Below, piece by piece: positions 1-13,079 of a stretch of DNA of 64,000 nucleotides; positions within the stretch are counted from its first letter, which is position 1; each line of letters opens with the position of its first letter. The translations under genes and the position numbers were made by a program. Where the stretch lies: the NCBI GenBank assembly GCA_965235115.1, contig OZ249436.1, forward strand, positions 29,204,001 through 29,268,000. Reading direction: 5' to 3'. The notes beneath the pieces are model-generated. The model saw only the letters and a list, made by a program, of their open reading frames with translations. It was not told the DNA's origin and searched no databases. The DNA is from Laetmonice hystrix (taxonomy: Eukaryota).

Positions 1-426
1 GTAATTTTATTCAAATCAGAATCTCTGATCATCTTTGTGTTTGGTAACGCCAATATTTCCAGAAACTGAATACAGCCTTGGGGAAAATAATTGTTACGTA
101 TATACCTACAAGGTAGCTTTGGCAAAGCAGAGCACCTGATGCAGCCTTCACCGTGGAGGCAAGAATCGATCTGCCAACTTTTACAGCCAAAAAGCAAGTA
201 AATTGAGGTGCCGTGAGGTATTGCATATACGTTAAAGTAAGGGATATAGACATCCATCACCACACAAAGAAAACAACCAGTGTCTAAATGGTAGCCCTGA
301 ACTTGCGAAATACACGGATTCCCTGGACATTAAGTTTGAAATGGTTCAGAGGAAGAGGTCAGTGTCTGTACATATTACTGGTGAGGGAGAGTGCGTATTC
401 TGATAAAGATTTCCGTCTGTTTGCAG

Positions 427-675
427 ATCATGTACAGTATGCAATCCACGCCACTCTTCAGTTCCATACCTGTCTCCCAGCATGTCCTGAGCAGTATGCA
501 GAAGGACAGAAAGACATGTGACGTTTGTGGCAAACAATTCCAGTGCCCGGCCGAACTTAAAAGGCACCTGCTTGTACACACTGGAGAAAGACCCTTTTTG
601 TGTGGCATATGTGGAAAGGCCTTTAATAGGAAATACACTTTAAAAATCCACAAGAATACACATATTAATCATTAA
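427..675 (+). CDS. ZF exon 1: terminal exon, C2H2 pair
   Basis: gtctgtttgcag|ATC; CDVCGKQFQCPAELKRHLLVH-TGERPF-LCGICGKAFNRKYTLKIHKNTH; TAA. Confidence 0.85.
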   Translation: MMYSMQSTPLFSSIPVSQHVLSSMQKDRKTCDVCGKQFQCPAELKRHLLVHTGERPFLCGICGKAFNRKYTLKIHKNTHINH

Positions 676-901
676 TATAAGCATGCGGCATACTGTTTGT
701 AGATTTAAAACCGACTTGTAGTTTGACAAATTCGTGGTTACTGTGAAAACCTGTGGCTTTTGATGTGTAAGACAGTCAGTTATTGTGCCCGTGAACTAGT
801 GTTGGACTTGAGGCAGAATTACTGGAAGCGAAGATTGTGGAACACAAAACACACCAAGTTCAGACTCCTTATCAGGCTTGTTTTGTTTTTCATGTTTCCA
901 G

Positions 902-1126
902 GAAGGATTTTTGCCGTGCGGCTTGCTCATAGCCTCCTCTAAAGATCAGACAATGAAGAGGCCAGATTTGGTCTGCCAGTACTGTGGTAAAGATTTCCTT
1001 GGACCTGCTCACTTGAGAAGACACATGCTGATCCACACAGGAGAGAAACCATTCTCATGTGAAATTTGTGGCAAAAGTTTCAATCGGAAGGGAAACATGG
1101 TGCAACACCGCCAAATCCATAAATGA
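902..1126 (+). CDS. ZF exon 2: terminal exon, C2H2 pair
   Basis: catgtttccag|[42 protein letters not shown] at 1135. Confidence 0.85.
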   Translation, partial: EGFLPCGLLIASSKDQTMKRPDLVCQYCGKDFLGPAHLRRHMLIHTGEKPFSCEICGKSFNRKGNMVQHRQIHK

Positions 1127-1231
1127 CTTTTAAGAATAAAGTCGGGGGTAAAGGTTTACCTCAAAGACACTGGCGATGTCTTTTGAAATTTAAACTAAAA
1201 ATCCTGACAAGATCTTTTTTTCTGCTTGCAG

Positions 1232-1444
1232 AAAAATTATTCACAACTCATAAGAGGAACTGCGAACTTCATGAGGCAAGATTTGATTTGCCAGTACTGT
1301 GGGAAGGCAAATTTTTATAATGCGAGCGACTTGAGAAGACACTTGCGTATTCATACTGGAGAGAAACCATTCTCCTGTGAAATTTGTGGAAAAAGTTTCA
1401 ATCGAAAGGGAAACATGTTACAACACCGCCAGATCCATAAATGA
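1232..1444 (+). CDS. ZF exon 3: terminal exon, chimeric C2H2 pair (finger 1 like exon 4, finger 2 like exon 2)
   Basis: tttttctgcttgcag|[39 protein letters not shown]. Confidence 0.85.
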   Translation, partial: KNYSQLIRGTANFMRQDLICQYCGKANFYNASDLRRHLRIHTGEKPFSCEICGKSFNRKGNMLQHRQIHK

Positions 1445-1545
1445 GCAGAATGAAGTCAGGAGTAAAGGTTTTTCTAAAAGACACTGGGGATGTCTTTTGA
1501 AAATGAAAGTGAAAATCCTGACCAGATTTTTTTTTCTGCTTGCAG

Positions 1546-1776
1546 AAAAAATATTTACATCCCGTAGGAGGAACTTCGAACTTCATGAGGCAAGATTTGG
1601 TTTGCCAGTGCTGTGGGAAGGCAAATTTTTATAATGCAAGCGACTTGAGAAGACACATGCGTATTCATACTGGAGAAAAACCCTTTTGCTGTCATATATG
1701 TGGAAAGAATTTTAATCTCAAGTCGAACTTGAAACGACATTGCCAACTGCACAAGAACCCGATGGACTCCATTTAA
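1546..1776 (+). CDS. ZF exon 4: terminal exon, C2H2 pair
   Basis: tttttctgcttgcag|[33 protein letters not shown]. Confidence 0.85.
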   Translation, partial: KKYLHPVGGTSNFMRQDLVCQCCGKANFYNASDLRRHMRIHTGEKPFCCHICGKNFNLKSNLKRHCQLHKNPMDSI

Positions 1777-1840
1777 TTTGAATTATTTTGGCAGCAAAAG
1801 ATGAACTGAAATCTTACAAAGTGTTCAACTCTGCTTGCAG

Positions 1841-2113
1841 ATATACTCCTGGCAACCCAAGCCCAGGCAGACCAAGGATACGAGCTCAGCCCAGAAATTA
1901 GATGGTACATTGTTACAAAGGCAGGAAGACAAAAACTGTTCTTTTTGTTTCAGGCCTTTCCCAAATCGCAAAGATCTAATGCGTCATATCTTGACTCACA
2001 CTGGAGAGAAACCTTACCAGTGCGATATTTGTGGTAGGGATTTTAATCGTAAAGGGAACATGCAGCAACACAGGCAGAGACATTTGAATGAGTTTATTGA
2101 TAATCCAAAGTAA
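1841..2113 (+). CDS. ZF exon 5: terminal exon, C2H2 pair
   Basis: ctctgcttgcag|ATA; CSFC..NRKDLMRH-TGEKPY-CDIC..RKGNMQQH; no Met before finger 1. Confidence 0.85.
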   Translation: MYSWQPKPRQTKDTSSAQKLDGTLLQRQEDKNCSFCFRPFPNRKDLMRHILTHTGEKPYQCDICGRDFNRKGNMQQHRQRHLNEFIDNPK

Positions 2114-2485
2114 AGTATAGCCGTGTCAGGTTTGCATAGGACTTGAGCAAAGATTCTTAATATGGTAATACGGTAATGAAAAAACAGTATGTTTTGTTGC
2201 ATACTGTTCTATTTAAAAACTAATTAACATAGAAGATTCAAAGAAGTTATACTTATGACGCTGCGAGTATACCAACTAGTACTTATTACATGTGCCAGAC
2301 TTTGAAGCATCAATTTCAAGCCTGAAGAATAGTTTGTGCCACTTGAAACTGTGTTTTGGTAACATTTTATAGTGATCTGATTGTTGCCACCCCAAGGTCA
2401 AGTGAAAATAAAGTGTACCCAAAAATGTTTTGCTTCTCTTCATTAGATTTAACTTCTGACCAAGTGTTTTCCACTTTGTTTACAG

Positions 2486-2737
2486 ATTCACCCCTTCCTA
2501 CAAATAATGCCTGGAAACTTAAGTTCCCGTCAGTGTGCTGTTGATACAACAAGAAAGCCAAAAGATGGCGCTACATGTGTTTTATGTGGAAAAGTCTTTC
2601 AAAGTGCTAAAGACCTGGGGCGACATGTTCGAATTCACACAGGAGAAAAGCCTTACAGATGTGATGTTTGTGGGCGTGCATTTGCAACCAAAGGGAACAT
2701 GGTTGTTCACAAAAAGCGGCACTTTCAGGAGATATAA
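2486..2737 (+). CDS. ZF exon 6: terminal exon, C2H2 pair
   Basis: ccactttgtttacag|ATT in frame with ORF 2507-2737; [30 protein letters not shown]. Confidence 0.85.
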   Translation: MHPFLQIMPGNLSSRQCAVDTTRKPKDGATCVLCGKVFQSAKDLGRHVRIHTGEKPYRCDVCGRAFATKGNMVVHKKRHFQEI

Positions 2738-3004
2738 ATAGTTAAATAATTATCTGTGAAAATGACAGAAGAAACCATTTCGGAGAACAGTTTCTGTTTT
2801 ACCTCTTGATTTTATTAGAACCGAATGTTTTTGTTAATTTCGTAGGCAGCCTTTATGACTTGCCTTTTAATGCATGTAGTTCTGTTTTGTGAAGAATAGT
2901 CGGGACATTTGGCTTCGTTGTACTTGATTATCTGGAAATAAAGAAAGTCAAATACAGCAGAAAGAAGCAACTACCAGTAAACTAGGCTTTCTTTTTATTT
3001 GCAG

Positions 3005-3238
3005 ACGCCATGTCTGTTATATTCGTCACCAGCACTGCTCGTTCCGTCTCGTCCCCGAACAGGACCATGCGAGATCTGTGGGAAAAGCTTCACCAAACCC
3101 AGTGACCTACAGAGACACTTTCGAACCCACACAGGGGAAAAACCCTTTTTTTGCGATTTTTGTGGCAAGAACTTTAGTCTAAAATCAAACATGGTAAAAC
3201 ACATGAGAACCCATAGAAATCATTACTCACGGAAGTAA
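3005..3238 (+). CDS. ZF exon 7: terminal exon, C2H2 pair
   Basis: ctttttatttgcag|[33 protein letters not shown]. Confidence 0.85.
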   Translation, partial: TPCLLYSSPALLVPSRPRTGPCEICGKSFTKPSDLQRHFRTHTGEKPFFCDFCGKNFSLKSNMVKHMRTHRNHYSRK

Positions 3239-3406
3239 ATGCATTTGGGTTTTTTTTACACACTGAAGGACGGGCAAAAGCAGTGACTGTCAGTAGTTTA
3301 CTGTGCCAATGTTTCCTCAAAAATGGCTGCAGCACGGAGTGGGAAGAAATACCTAAGTTCCAGATGTAAGATGTATGCTGCCATTAAATCTGCAATAAAG
3401 ATCTGA

Positions 3407-3652
<246 letters not shown>

Positions 3653-3685
3653 AAGTTGAGCACATTAACAGACAGGTGTTTCTGA

Positions 3686-3916
<231 letters not shown>

Positions 3917-5014
3917 GAAGTTGAGCACGTTAAACACTACACTTGTAATTTGTAGCGAAATTTATTATGTAAGGGCCTATACATAGATAGGCCACACCAA
4001 GTGGGGGACTAGAAGGTTAAAAACGCTCAATATTGAAAATAAAATTTAAAATGATTGATACGAATGCCTTTTTAATGGATAAAAAAATCGAAACTAGATT
4101 CATACGATTTTTGATGATGGCTTTAACATCAAAGGTAAAATATGAAATGTTCTAATTATCTTCATCCAAGATAATGTATTTTTTATAGCTGGATGATTGG
4201 TTATTGTCTGCCAACTCTCCTGCAGAATTATACGCATGTATAAATTATACATAGACATGTATCTTCATAAAGTTATACATGCGTATTACAGATGTATAAT
4301 TTTATAAGGATACATGTTGAGCTTAAATCATAAATTTGTCTTGAAGAAATTTTATGGTATGAAGTGACAAGCCGGTTGAGGTGCCTTTTATAATGGAAAT
4401 GACACAAAAAAAAGAACAGCTTCCCATTGGTCAATAAACTTAGTCAGTGGTTGGGCGTAGAAGGGACATATGGCTAATATGCCCGACAGTTGGGCATTAT
4501 GCCCGACAGTTGGGCGTATAGCCACTCCATCATCCAATACATGTCTACATGAATCTGTTAAAAAGCAGCGCAATATTTCAATACGTACCATGCTGTGAAA
4601 TAACCGTATCGAATGCTATAAGAGCGAAAGGGGCAAGTGTTCTGCAGTACTTTTAGGAAGATAGTGCTGCTTTGCCTTGTACATTAAGTTTTTGGATAAA
4701 AATATATCATCATTTAGGGATTAGGTGTTTCTGATTTCTTTTCATAAATCTGTTTGGTGGGGGAAAGAGTAGTAGCTGTATGCACGTGTGGCTTTAATCC
4801 AGTGTTACATGTTTTTAATCCTATTGCAACATATTTTGTTTGAAGCCAGACTGTAGATGTATCTTATTAAGAACATTTCAAATGCAAGTTCTTCTGGAAG
4901 GCCCTGCATTCCATTTTTAATGGGCTATGGAAATGCTGCAACTAGTTGAATGAAAGCTTGAGGAAATTTAACAGCAGCTACCATTGAACAGGTGCTCTTT
5001 TCTTCCATTTGCAG

Positions 5015-5227
5015 ATGGTATACCAATTGCAAACCTCAGCAATGGAAGCTCCTGGTCAGCCGAAAAGGCAGTGTCAGATATGTGGCAAAGGTTTCATCAG
5101 AGCTGCTGATCTCAGGAGACATATTCTTATACACACGGGGGAGAAGCCTTTTCATTGCGACATTTGTGGGAGAAAATTCAACAGAAAGTCAACAATGACA
5201 TGTCATATAAAAACTCACACAAAATGA
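5015..5227 (+). CDS. ZF exon 10: terminal exon, C2H2 pair
   Basis: tcttccatttgcag|[33 protein letters not shown]. Confidence 0.85.
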   Translation: MVYQLQTSAMEAPGQPKRQCQICGKGFIRAADLRRHILIHTGEKPFHCDICGRKFNRKSTMTCHIKTHTK

Positions 5228-5426
5228 GTTAATATGGGCCTGCCTCATTTTTAGCGATGGTAGTAGAATAGGTCAGGCATTTCGATGATCATCAGATTAC
5301 TGCATGAGGGAAAACAAGTCTCGGATTGTTAGAACAGATGGTCAAGGAATATAAGTCCCGAGGTACCATAGGTGATGGACAGAGCTCTGGTTTTGATCAA
5401 GCCTGAATTTTTTTTTTCATTTTCAG

Positions 5427-5654
5427 ATGGCATTTCAATCGCAATATGAGCTAATGGCATCCCCAGGACAGTCAAAGTACGGATGCCACATGTGTGGGAA
5501 AATATTTACAAGGACTGGTCACCTGAAGAGACATTTCCTAATTCACACGGGAGAGAAGCCTTTTGATTGTTCCATTTGTGGTAAAAGGTTCAACCAGAAG
5601 GCTATTTTGACAAAGCATCTCAAAACTCATTCTAAACAAGCTCTTGATTCATAA
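5427..5654 (+). CDS. ZF exon 11: terminal exon, C2H2 pair
   Basis: tttttcattttcag|[33 protein letters not shown]. Confidence 0.85.
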   Translation: MAFQSQYELMASPGQSKYGCHMCGKIFTRTGHLKRHFLIHTGEKPFDCSICGKRFNQKAILTKHLKTHSKQALDS

Positions 5655-5714
5655 ACAAGGGATATGAAGAGTGTGAGGAAATTAAAAAGTTGCTGGTTTT
5701 TTGATCTGCAATAG

Positions 5715-6026
<312 letters not shown>

Positions 6027-6646
6027 GTGTATTGGTACTTGAATCGGAAATGAGTATTCACAACCTCGACTCGAAGGCCCAGAAAAAACTTTTTTGGAGT
6101 ATAAATGAAGAGACACAGAGACGGAGTGGTTTAAATACATCCGTACAGCAGACCATCTCAGAATTTCAGTAAATTAGAGTATAGGGGCCGTCTACTAAAA
6201 TATGAGATAACTTTAGTAGAAATCTTTGCTAAACAAACATTTATATTAAATTCCTACTGGTATTCGGCCAATGAGGCTTTTAGTGAGCAGATCATAGGGA
6301 CAAACTGATAGGAGGGAAGCCGATTTCATTGTTCGAAAAAGCGCACAACAGTGTGCGGTGTCACTTTCCCAGGCAGGGTTTCCTGGAGATTTTGGGTTGG
6401 GGGGGGGGGGTCTCCAAGAAAAAGGGCCTGCAGGAAACCCTCAGGAATCTAGCCGTTGGTTGGAATGGAAGAAAAAATTAAACGTTGGTTGCAAAGGAAG
6501 AAAACAGTTAGGAAAGTAAGGAAATTTTGCCTGTCACTTGGAAGAAAGAATGCTGCCATCATATTGCAAAATATATCCTCCCCTCTGATTTTCTGAAATA
6601 GTCCGAAGGGTCGCAAAATATAGCTGCTGTTTTCTTTCATTTGCAG

Positions 6647-6889
6647 ATGGCATACCAGGTGCAGCCATCAGAAATGGAAGCCTCCTCTTGTCAGCGAAAA
6701 GTGCAGTGTCAGATATGTTGCAAAAAGTTCACACAACCGTATAGCCTAAAGCGACATTTGCTAGTCCATACTGGTGAAAAACCCTTCTTTTGTAATATTT
6801 GTGGCAGGAGTTTCAATCAGAAGTCGATTTTGAAAACGCACTTGAAAGTGCACATGAAATGGGATATGAGGGAGAATACTGTGACGTGA
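6647..6889 (+). CDS. ZF exon 13: terminal exon, C2H2 pair
   Basis: ttctttcatttgcag|[33 protein letters not shown]. Confidence 0.85.
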   Translation: MAYQVQPSEMEASSCQRKVQCQICCKKFTQPYSLKRHLLVHTGEKPFFCNICGRSFNQKSILKTHLKVHMKWDMRENTVT

Positions 6890-7011
6890 TGAGTGAAGGG
6901 CAACCATGTCTGCGAAACCGGAAGCTCTAGGGAGCATTGCATCTTCCCTACATTACTACTAAGCAGTGCAATGGTGGATGCCTCTAAAAAAAGACCTACT
7001 TTCAATTTCAG

Positions 7012-7236
7012 ATGGCATTTATGTTAAATTCCTCATGGAATTCGGTCATCGAGGCTTCTAGTGAGCAGAAAAAACACCGGTGCAAGATATGTGGCAAAGT
7101 CTTTACAAAATTACATAGCTTGAAGAGACATACACGCACACACACCGGAGAAAAACCCTTTCACTGCAACATTTGTGGCAGAAATTTTAACCAGAAGTCA
7201 ACATTGAAGACACATAGCAAAACCCATAATTCATGA
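7012..7236 (+). CDS. ZF exon 14: terminal exon, C2H2 pair
   Basis: ctttcaatttcag|[33 protein letters not shown]. Confidence 0.85.
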   Translation: MAFMLNSSWNSVIEASSEQKKHRCKICGKVFTKLHSLKRHTRTHTGEKPFHCNICGRNFNQKSTLKTHSKTHNS

Positions 7237-7968
7237 GCGATGGTTCCTGGTCTCGTCGTTTTGTGGGCCCTTTCCATCTGGTACCATCCATTGATTTAAA
7301 CGACAGTGGTTGTTTTTTTTTTACTCGCATTTAACCTAGAAAAGGAAGGCGAGTTATTTATTTTAGTGATAGATGGCAGGCCCATGTTGAGGTTTCACAT
7401 GAGGGTTATTTTTAGTTCTTAGGTTTATTTGAAAGGTAAAACAAATGATCATATACATGTAACGGTACTCGACTTTGAATGGGATGGCGAGGTATTCTCA
7501 ACTGTAAGGCATCATGCATGATCTAGAACTGTTGGTCCTGCACTGATCGATCTCTGGCTTTGAGGATCAATACAGAATTCCTCGGAATGACAAGTGAAAG
7601 TTCACATTTCTACGCTTTTAGTGTGAAGCTTTGAGGATACATATCGTTATCCCTGACATAATCTTAAGAAGTCTGATTAAAAATCTGTTGGTTTAGATTG
7701 ATGGAAGTTAGGCAATACGATTGTATATGTGAACGTTTTGGTCTTCAAGATCAAGGTTACTGACATGTAAACCGTTGTGTAAATAAAGACGGCGTTTCAA
7801 TAACAATGAATGGATATGACTTGGAGTGAGATTATGTATGTAGGCAGATGTATGCTCACTTGATTTTTAAGTTTTCTTTTAGCCGTGTAACATACCTGCC
7901 TGTCTAAAGGGTTAAACGGAGGTGTTTTGGAAAGATATCTCTTGACACAAGATTTTCTGTATTTGCAG

Positions 7969-8295
7969 GTGGTAGGTCTTGGAAATAGACAGCCAGAAAA
8001 CTTAGAAAGTGATCTGTTTGAAGCAGAGTTGGGATCAAGCTCACAGGCCGGACATGTTTGCCAGATATGTGGGAAATCTTTCACTGGAGCATGGGCCATC
8101 AACCGACACATGCGCTCCCATACCGGAGAGAAACCTTTCAAATGCGAAGTGTGCAATAAACGTTTTGCTGAAAAGGGAAACTTGAAGCAGCACATCAAAA
8201 TCCATCTGAAACTTGATCGAATGGAGTCACAGGTTCCTCCAATCGGAACGTCCGAGGTCATTTCATTTCCGGTTCAGAAATACCCTCGGATGTAA
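7969..8295 (+). CDS. ZF exon 15: terminal exon, C2H2 pair
   Basis: ttttctgtatttgcag|[33 protein letters not shown]; no Met before finger 1. Confidence 0.85.
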   Translation: MVGLGNRQPENLESDLFEAELGSSSQAGHVCQICGKSFTGAWAINRHMRSHTGEKPFKCEVCNKRFAEKGNLKQHIKIHLKLDRMESQVPPIGTSEVISFPVQKYPRM

Positions 8296-8619
8296 GACAG
8301 GCCCAAAGCCCTGCCAAGTAGTTCCAGCAGATTGCGGAAACTTATAAATCTGACGCAAATTTAGTGCATTTTGGTTTATCCGTTAGTATTGAAGTGGGAT
8401 TTTGACACAAATTTCAGTCTTCTACTTGTGCAGTGAAGGCCTACATTTTGAACACTCATCTGTCACACGTCCTCCACTAAACATCAGTGTGAAAGAGTTC
8501 ACCATCTAAGATTCATATAACGTGCGGAAACTACTGGTAATGCTCAATCTTTAATCAACATTTACAATGGCTTGAGGGAAATAATTACTTCAGACGACAT
8601 CTAAAATGAAAAGCCGCTG

Positions 8620-9450
8620 ATGGCATCCAATGTTTTTAGACCTGCTTGAAAAGAGTTGAGGGAGGTAATGGCTCTAATATTGGGTGATAGAGAGTTCCCC
8701 TCAGTGACTCCTTGGTAAAACACATATGCCAGAATTAATTTTCTTTTGTTACACCTTAAACATAATACCAGTGCCCTGGTTAGTTTGTAGATCGCGATGA
8801 TCTGTCAGGCTTGTATCCTCTATACCACAACATAAAGTTTCAGAGATGTTATATGAACCTGAAGGCAAACATTCTGTAACCTTTTAATTTTGTTTAGTAG
8901 ATCTCTTGATCGATTGATGAAGCCTATGTCCCCAGAGTTCAAGTATGGAACAGTGGTGGTTGTTGTAAATATACCGGTAGTTGTGATTCGCTGATGTACG
9001 GTGGAGGTGAGCCTGGGAACTTATTTGATGACAATATGGCAGTATCGTCCTCAAGAAGGTGCCAGATTCCTTCGCTGCATTTTAGCTATTGTATCAATGC
9101 TTGACCTAATCGGTATGAAGCCACCTTGATTGCACGCTTTTAGAACATCTTATTGCCTTGTAGAAATTGCAGAATATGATGGACTATTTCTTTCTAACCG
9201 TTCACCTGGTAATGGAAGAAGAAATACTGGTCTTAAATTGCTGACAGACTTGTCTCCATCTTTCTGTAATGGGACTACCACAGACATTTTTTAATTTGGA
9301 AACTTCCCACTATTGAGAGATAGATTGAAGAGGGTCGTTTAGTTTATAAGTAAGTGATATGAAGGCATCATTTAATATTCTACCAGATAGATTGTTTATA
9401 ACGGATGAGTTACTTATATGGATGGCTTCACACACATCCATCACCTCGTT
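8620..9450 (-). mobile_element. Degenerate, internally deleted LINE (CR1/L2-type ORF2 reverse transcriptase remnant)
   Basis: Minus-strand translation near 9180-9340 gives FNLSLNSGKFP..KMSVVVPLQKDGDKSVSNLRPVFLLPLPGERLER (typical pre-RT motif of these LINEs); near 8630-8700 gives NSL..IRAITSLNSFQAGLK (ORF2 C-terminal motif); stops and frameshifts. Confidence 0.7.
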
Positions 9451-10649
9451 TCCACCTTGTGAGATACACCATCTCATGTCGCTGACACTATATTAGACAT
9501 GTATGCCCATACCGACCGCCTGCTGTCAACACAACTGCCATACCATCAGACGGACCCCCTGCTGTTATATTAGTTATTCATCAGTCACATATCCTAAGTT
9601 ACGAGTGTCCATAGGACCATCAGCTGGAATTAATTTAGACCATACACACCAAATAAACAAGTGTCCTTCCGGACTACCTGCTGTATCACTAGGGTTCTTA
9701 TCCGTACAGTTGTTGATACCTTTTACTACTTGTTCGAGTTACGGTTTATGGGGAGAAAGATAGATGGATTCTGTATCGGTATGACATTATGTCTGTGCAT
9801 TCAAAAAAAGGATTTACTACTTAGTTGTCAGGTGAGAGGTGATAAATAAGATTAGCCCTTGAAAATGTAGAGAGAGAAACCATAGAGAGAAGCCCTCTAA
9901 AACAATTGAACTGTTCAACTGACAGTGTGCCTTTCTGAATGGATCTGAGCCCAAATTTATTGAGTAAAACTTGTGTTATGTGTCGAATTATAAATCATGC
10001 AACACACTTTACTGGCCCATGGCCATTCCGATACTTCTTTAGATTTTAAAGTAGTGCATTGCACTATAAGTTATCATGCCCTTTGATAATTGCCCAATTT
10101 TTCTTCACCATATCAGAACATGAGGTCTGATACAATAATTTTACCAAATAATGGGATAATCCCAAAGAAATGCATCGTAGGAATATAGGAGTAAATTAAC
10201 CTAGATTTTAATTATTTCGAATCCAGAGTGACCTACTATCTTCGATATAACTGAAGTGTTTGGACCACGTGCATCGATGTAAACGTTGCCAAAGATAACC
10301 ATACCATATTGATGATGACTTGTTACAAAAAAAGGTTGCAGTTGTTCTGATTGTTAACTTGAGGGTCACATTCCACTGTTGTAATAGAGCGAAATAAAAA
10401 CAGAACTTTGAACCATTTCTTGGTTACTAATTTAATTACACAATTTTCCTCACTTAGACAGCCAAATGGGGAGCCTTTCAGTGTATTTAGCATTTGTGTT
10501 GTGTAGGGATAAAAAGATCAAAGAGAAAAGCTGATCTATTAAGGCCTACGTATATACAGCGAAAACGGAGGTTTTAAGTAGGAAATCGCCCTCTGTCACC
10601 AAAGCGACATGAAGTTAGAAATAGGACAAAGTGGACATTGTTACTTTGC

Positions 10650-10700
10650 ACTCTGCGGTCACACATGAGAGAAACCCTTTAGGCGAATGTCGTGTGCCAG
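10650..10700 (+). pseudogene. Decayed ZF cassette fragment
   Basis: ggt cac aca TGA gag aaa ccc ttt = GHT*EKPF, matching RGHTGEKPF of neighbouring exons 16/17 with a stop at the Gly codon. Confidence 0.5.
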
Positions 10701-10751
10701 ACAAAAAGGATTGCCAAGTAAAAGTGATGGAAATTCTATGCTTGCTTCCAG

Positions 10752-11006
10752 GTTACGCTTAGTCAAGTCCTACAAAATCTTCATGCACAGCCTCAGATTC
10801 TACCCAAGCACATTGCATCTGAAGGAAACAAAACATTTTCCTGTCAATTTTGTGGAAAAGCATTTAGGGCGCCATCCTGGCTGGCAATACATATGCGTGG
10901 TCACACAGGGGAAAAACCATTTGCATGTGATATCTGTGGGAAATGCTTTGCAGAAAAAGGGAACATGAAGAAACATCGGAACCTGCATAATAAGTATAAC
11001 ACTTGA
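10752..11006 (+). CDS. ZF exon 16: terminal exon, C2H2 pair (finger frame not in ORF track)
   Basis: tgcttgcttccag|[87 protein letters not shown]. Confidence 0.85.
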   Translation, partial: VTLSQVLQNLHAQPQILPKHIASEGNKTFSCQFCGKAFRAPSWLAIHMRGHTGEKPFACDICGKCFAEKGNMKKHRNLHNKYNT

Positions 11007-11152
11007 GTCAAAATACACCATGAAAACGCTGGTCCACAAGATGAACATTGACTGTGGTAAATGTGATAGTGGCCCCTATATCACCAGCTCATCTTTGGCC
11101 AGGGAGGACAGCATATGACCTGTACAATGATATTGAAAAGTAGGAAAAGAAA

Positions 11153-11230
11153 TCGCTTACTTGCAAGTTTGAGATAAAAAACATTCCCAACTGCTGCAAA
11201 ACTGAAGATCGACATCAAGGAACTATTTAG
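11153..11230 (+). pseudogene. Decayed ZF finger remnant
   Basis: SLTCKFEIKTFPTAAKLKIDIK resembles the ..C..CGK.FPTPSKL..H fingers of the array with ligands lost. Confidence 0.4.
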
Positions 11231-11488
11231 CAGGGTTGTATGCCCACTGAGCTCTACTACCAAGGATAGTAATTGTCGCACAGAAGGAATGGTCATAAAA
11301 GAACCAAACAAGTGATGGCTCTTCGAGTGGATTCTGTGAGAATCTGATGAAATTTTAGTGTTGCAAACTCTTAGAGAATAGAAACAGGGTACATTGTCCC
11401 TTTGCCGACTGCAAAGTGTGCAAGGCAAAAAGTTTCCATGAGTAGGATTGCCAAGTAAAAGTGATGGAAATTTTATGTTTGCTTCCAG

Positions 11489-11731
11489 GTTTGCCATAGT
11501 GAGGTCCTACAAAATCTCCATGCACAGCCTCAGGTTCTACGCTCTGCACGTGACCGAGACAGAACATATCCCTGTCAGTTTTGTGGGAAAGTATTTAGGG
11601 CACCATCTTTGTTGGCTCCACACGTACGTGGTCACACAGGGGAAAAACCGTTTACATGTGATGGCTGTGGGAAATGCTTTGCAGAAAAAGGAAACATGAA
11701 GAAGCATCGCCGATTGCATTGTGTAAAATAA
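11489..11731 (+). CDS. ZF exon 17: terminal exon, C2H2 pair (finger frame not in ORF track; paralog of exon 16)
   Basis: tgtttgcttccag|[83 protein letters not shown]; stop overlaps AATAAA. Confidence 0.85.
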   Translation, partial: VCHSEVLQNLHAQPQVLRSARDRDRTYPCQFCGKVFRAPSLLAPHVRGHTGEKPFTCDGCGKCFAEKGNMKKHRRLHCVK

Positions 11732-12240
11732 ATAAAATAACTGACTTAGTATTGGCTCTCAGAAAATACTTTATTTTGTAAAAGTTTAAAGTTATGTAGA
11801 AATGGACAGAGAGGGCATAATGGACAAAGTTGGCATTGCCACTTTGCAGTGTGTATGTATTTGGAGAAATAATTGCACAGTTTCATAATTAAAGAGCTTA
11901 GTGCTATTGGAACCTTTTAGTTTTAAGGTGCCGTGCACAAAGTGATCAATAACCATTATTCTGAAAACCTTCCGTTCAACACAGTACGAAGACATTGTGG
12001 TCATATTGTGGCAGTCTGTGGACTGTAAACAATGTTTTCCAAAGGAAAGGTTTGGATGCGCCAGAATACCTGTTCAATGTATACCGGTAGTCGGTTTTAT
12101 TATAGGGGTTCATAGGTGCCAAAGCCAAAATGTACCAGTATTATGATGCGCCCAACTGAATATCTTGCCGAATGGAACCATCACTCTAGTGAGAGGGGCA
12201 TGCAGAACTTAATTTGACCCAAAATGTTCTGTATTTGCAG

Positions 12241-12510
12241 GTTGTATGTCTCCCAAATATATTGCCATTGCCTACAAGTGGACAAGCAAGAAACTTTGAG
12301 AGTGATATGGTTGCATCAGAATTTGGACCAAGAGCAAGTGGAAGAAACAGTGAATGTGAAATATGTGGGAAATCCTTCCGATCATCATGGGATGTAAACC
12401 GGCACATGCGCATTCACACAGGAGAAAAACCATACAAATGTGATATCTGTCTAATGGCATTTTCAACCAAGGGGAATATGTTGTCACACAAAAGGAATCG
12501 GCATAAATAG
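12241..12510 (+). CDS. ZF exon 18: terminal exon, C2H2 pair
   Basis: gttctgtatttgcag|[33 protein letters not shown]. Confidence 0.85.
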   Translation, partial: VVCLPNILPLPTSGQARNFESDMVASEFGPRASGRNSECEICGKSFRSSWDVNRHMRIHTGEKPYKCDICLMAFSTKGNMLSHKRNRHK

Positions 12511-12806
12511 TTGGCTCCAAAAGCACGAGTCTTCAGTCACTTAGAGGACGTATACATTGGTCTGAGAAAAATGATGTTTCTGCAGTCTGTATATCTGCAC
12601 CCTGTCCAGTTTTCAGTTGCAAGTCACACCACTTGAGATTTTATTAGGATTAGGAGGAAATCGGAACAAAGTCTAGTCTGTGTTAAAAAGACAGCCTTTA
12701 GTTGAGGATATCCATTCGTCATCCAGTGCCCTCGCTATAATTAACAATCTGTGCTTAATGAGTTCTGCAGACGTTATACTTGACACGGAATTTTCTGTAT
12801 TTGCAG

Positions 12807-13079
12807 GTGGTAGGTCTCCAGTATATATTATCGAGTGGGCACGCAGGGAACCTTGAAAATGATGATCTGGTTGCAACTGAATTCAGATCCAGAGGACCAG
12901 CAAGATGTATAGAATGCGAAATATGTGGGAAATCCTTACGGGCAGCATGGGATTTGAATAGGCACATGCGTATTCACACAGGGGAAAAGCCTTTCAAATG
13001 TGAAGTCTGTGGGAAAGGATTTGCTGAAAAAGGAAATATGAAGACGCATCGCAAAGTTCATGAAAAATTAGATCAATAG
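12807..13079 (+). CDS. ZF exon 19: terminal exon, C2H2 pair
   Basis: ttttctgtatttgcag|[33 protein letters not shown]. Confidence 0.85.
   Translation: MVGLQYILSSGHAGNLENDDLVATEFRSRGPARCIECEICGKSLRAAWDLNRHMRIHTGEKPFKCEVCGKGFAEKGNMKTHRKVHEKLDQ

Noticed and set aside
1..426. Search for the constant upstream exon (e.g. BTB domain) in the window
   Set aside because: No such coding sequence is recognisable here or elsewhere in the window, so the identity of the constant domain is unknown and no gene symbol is assigned.
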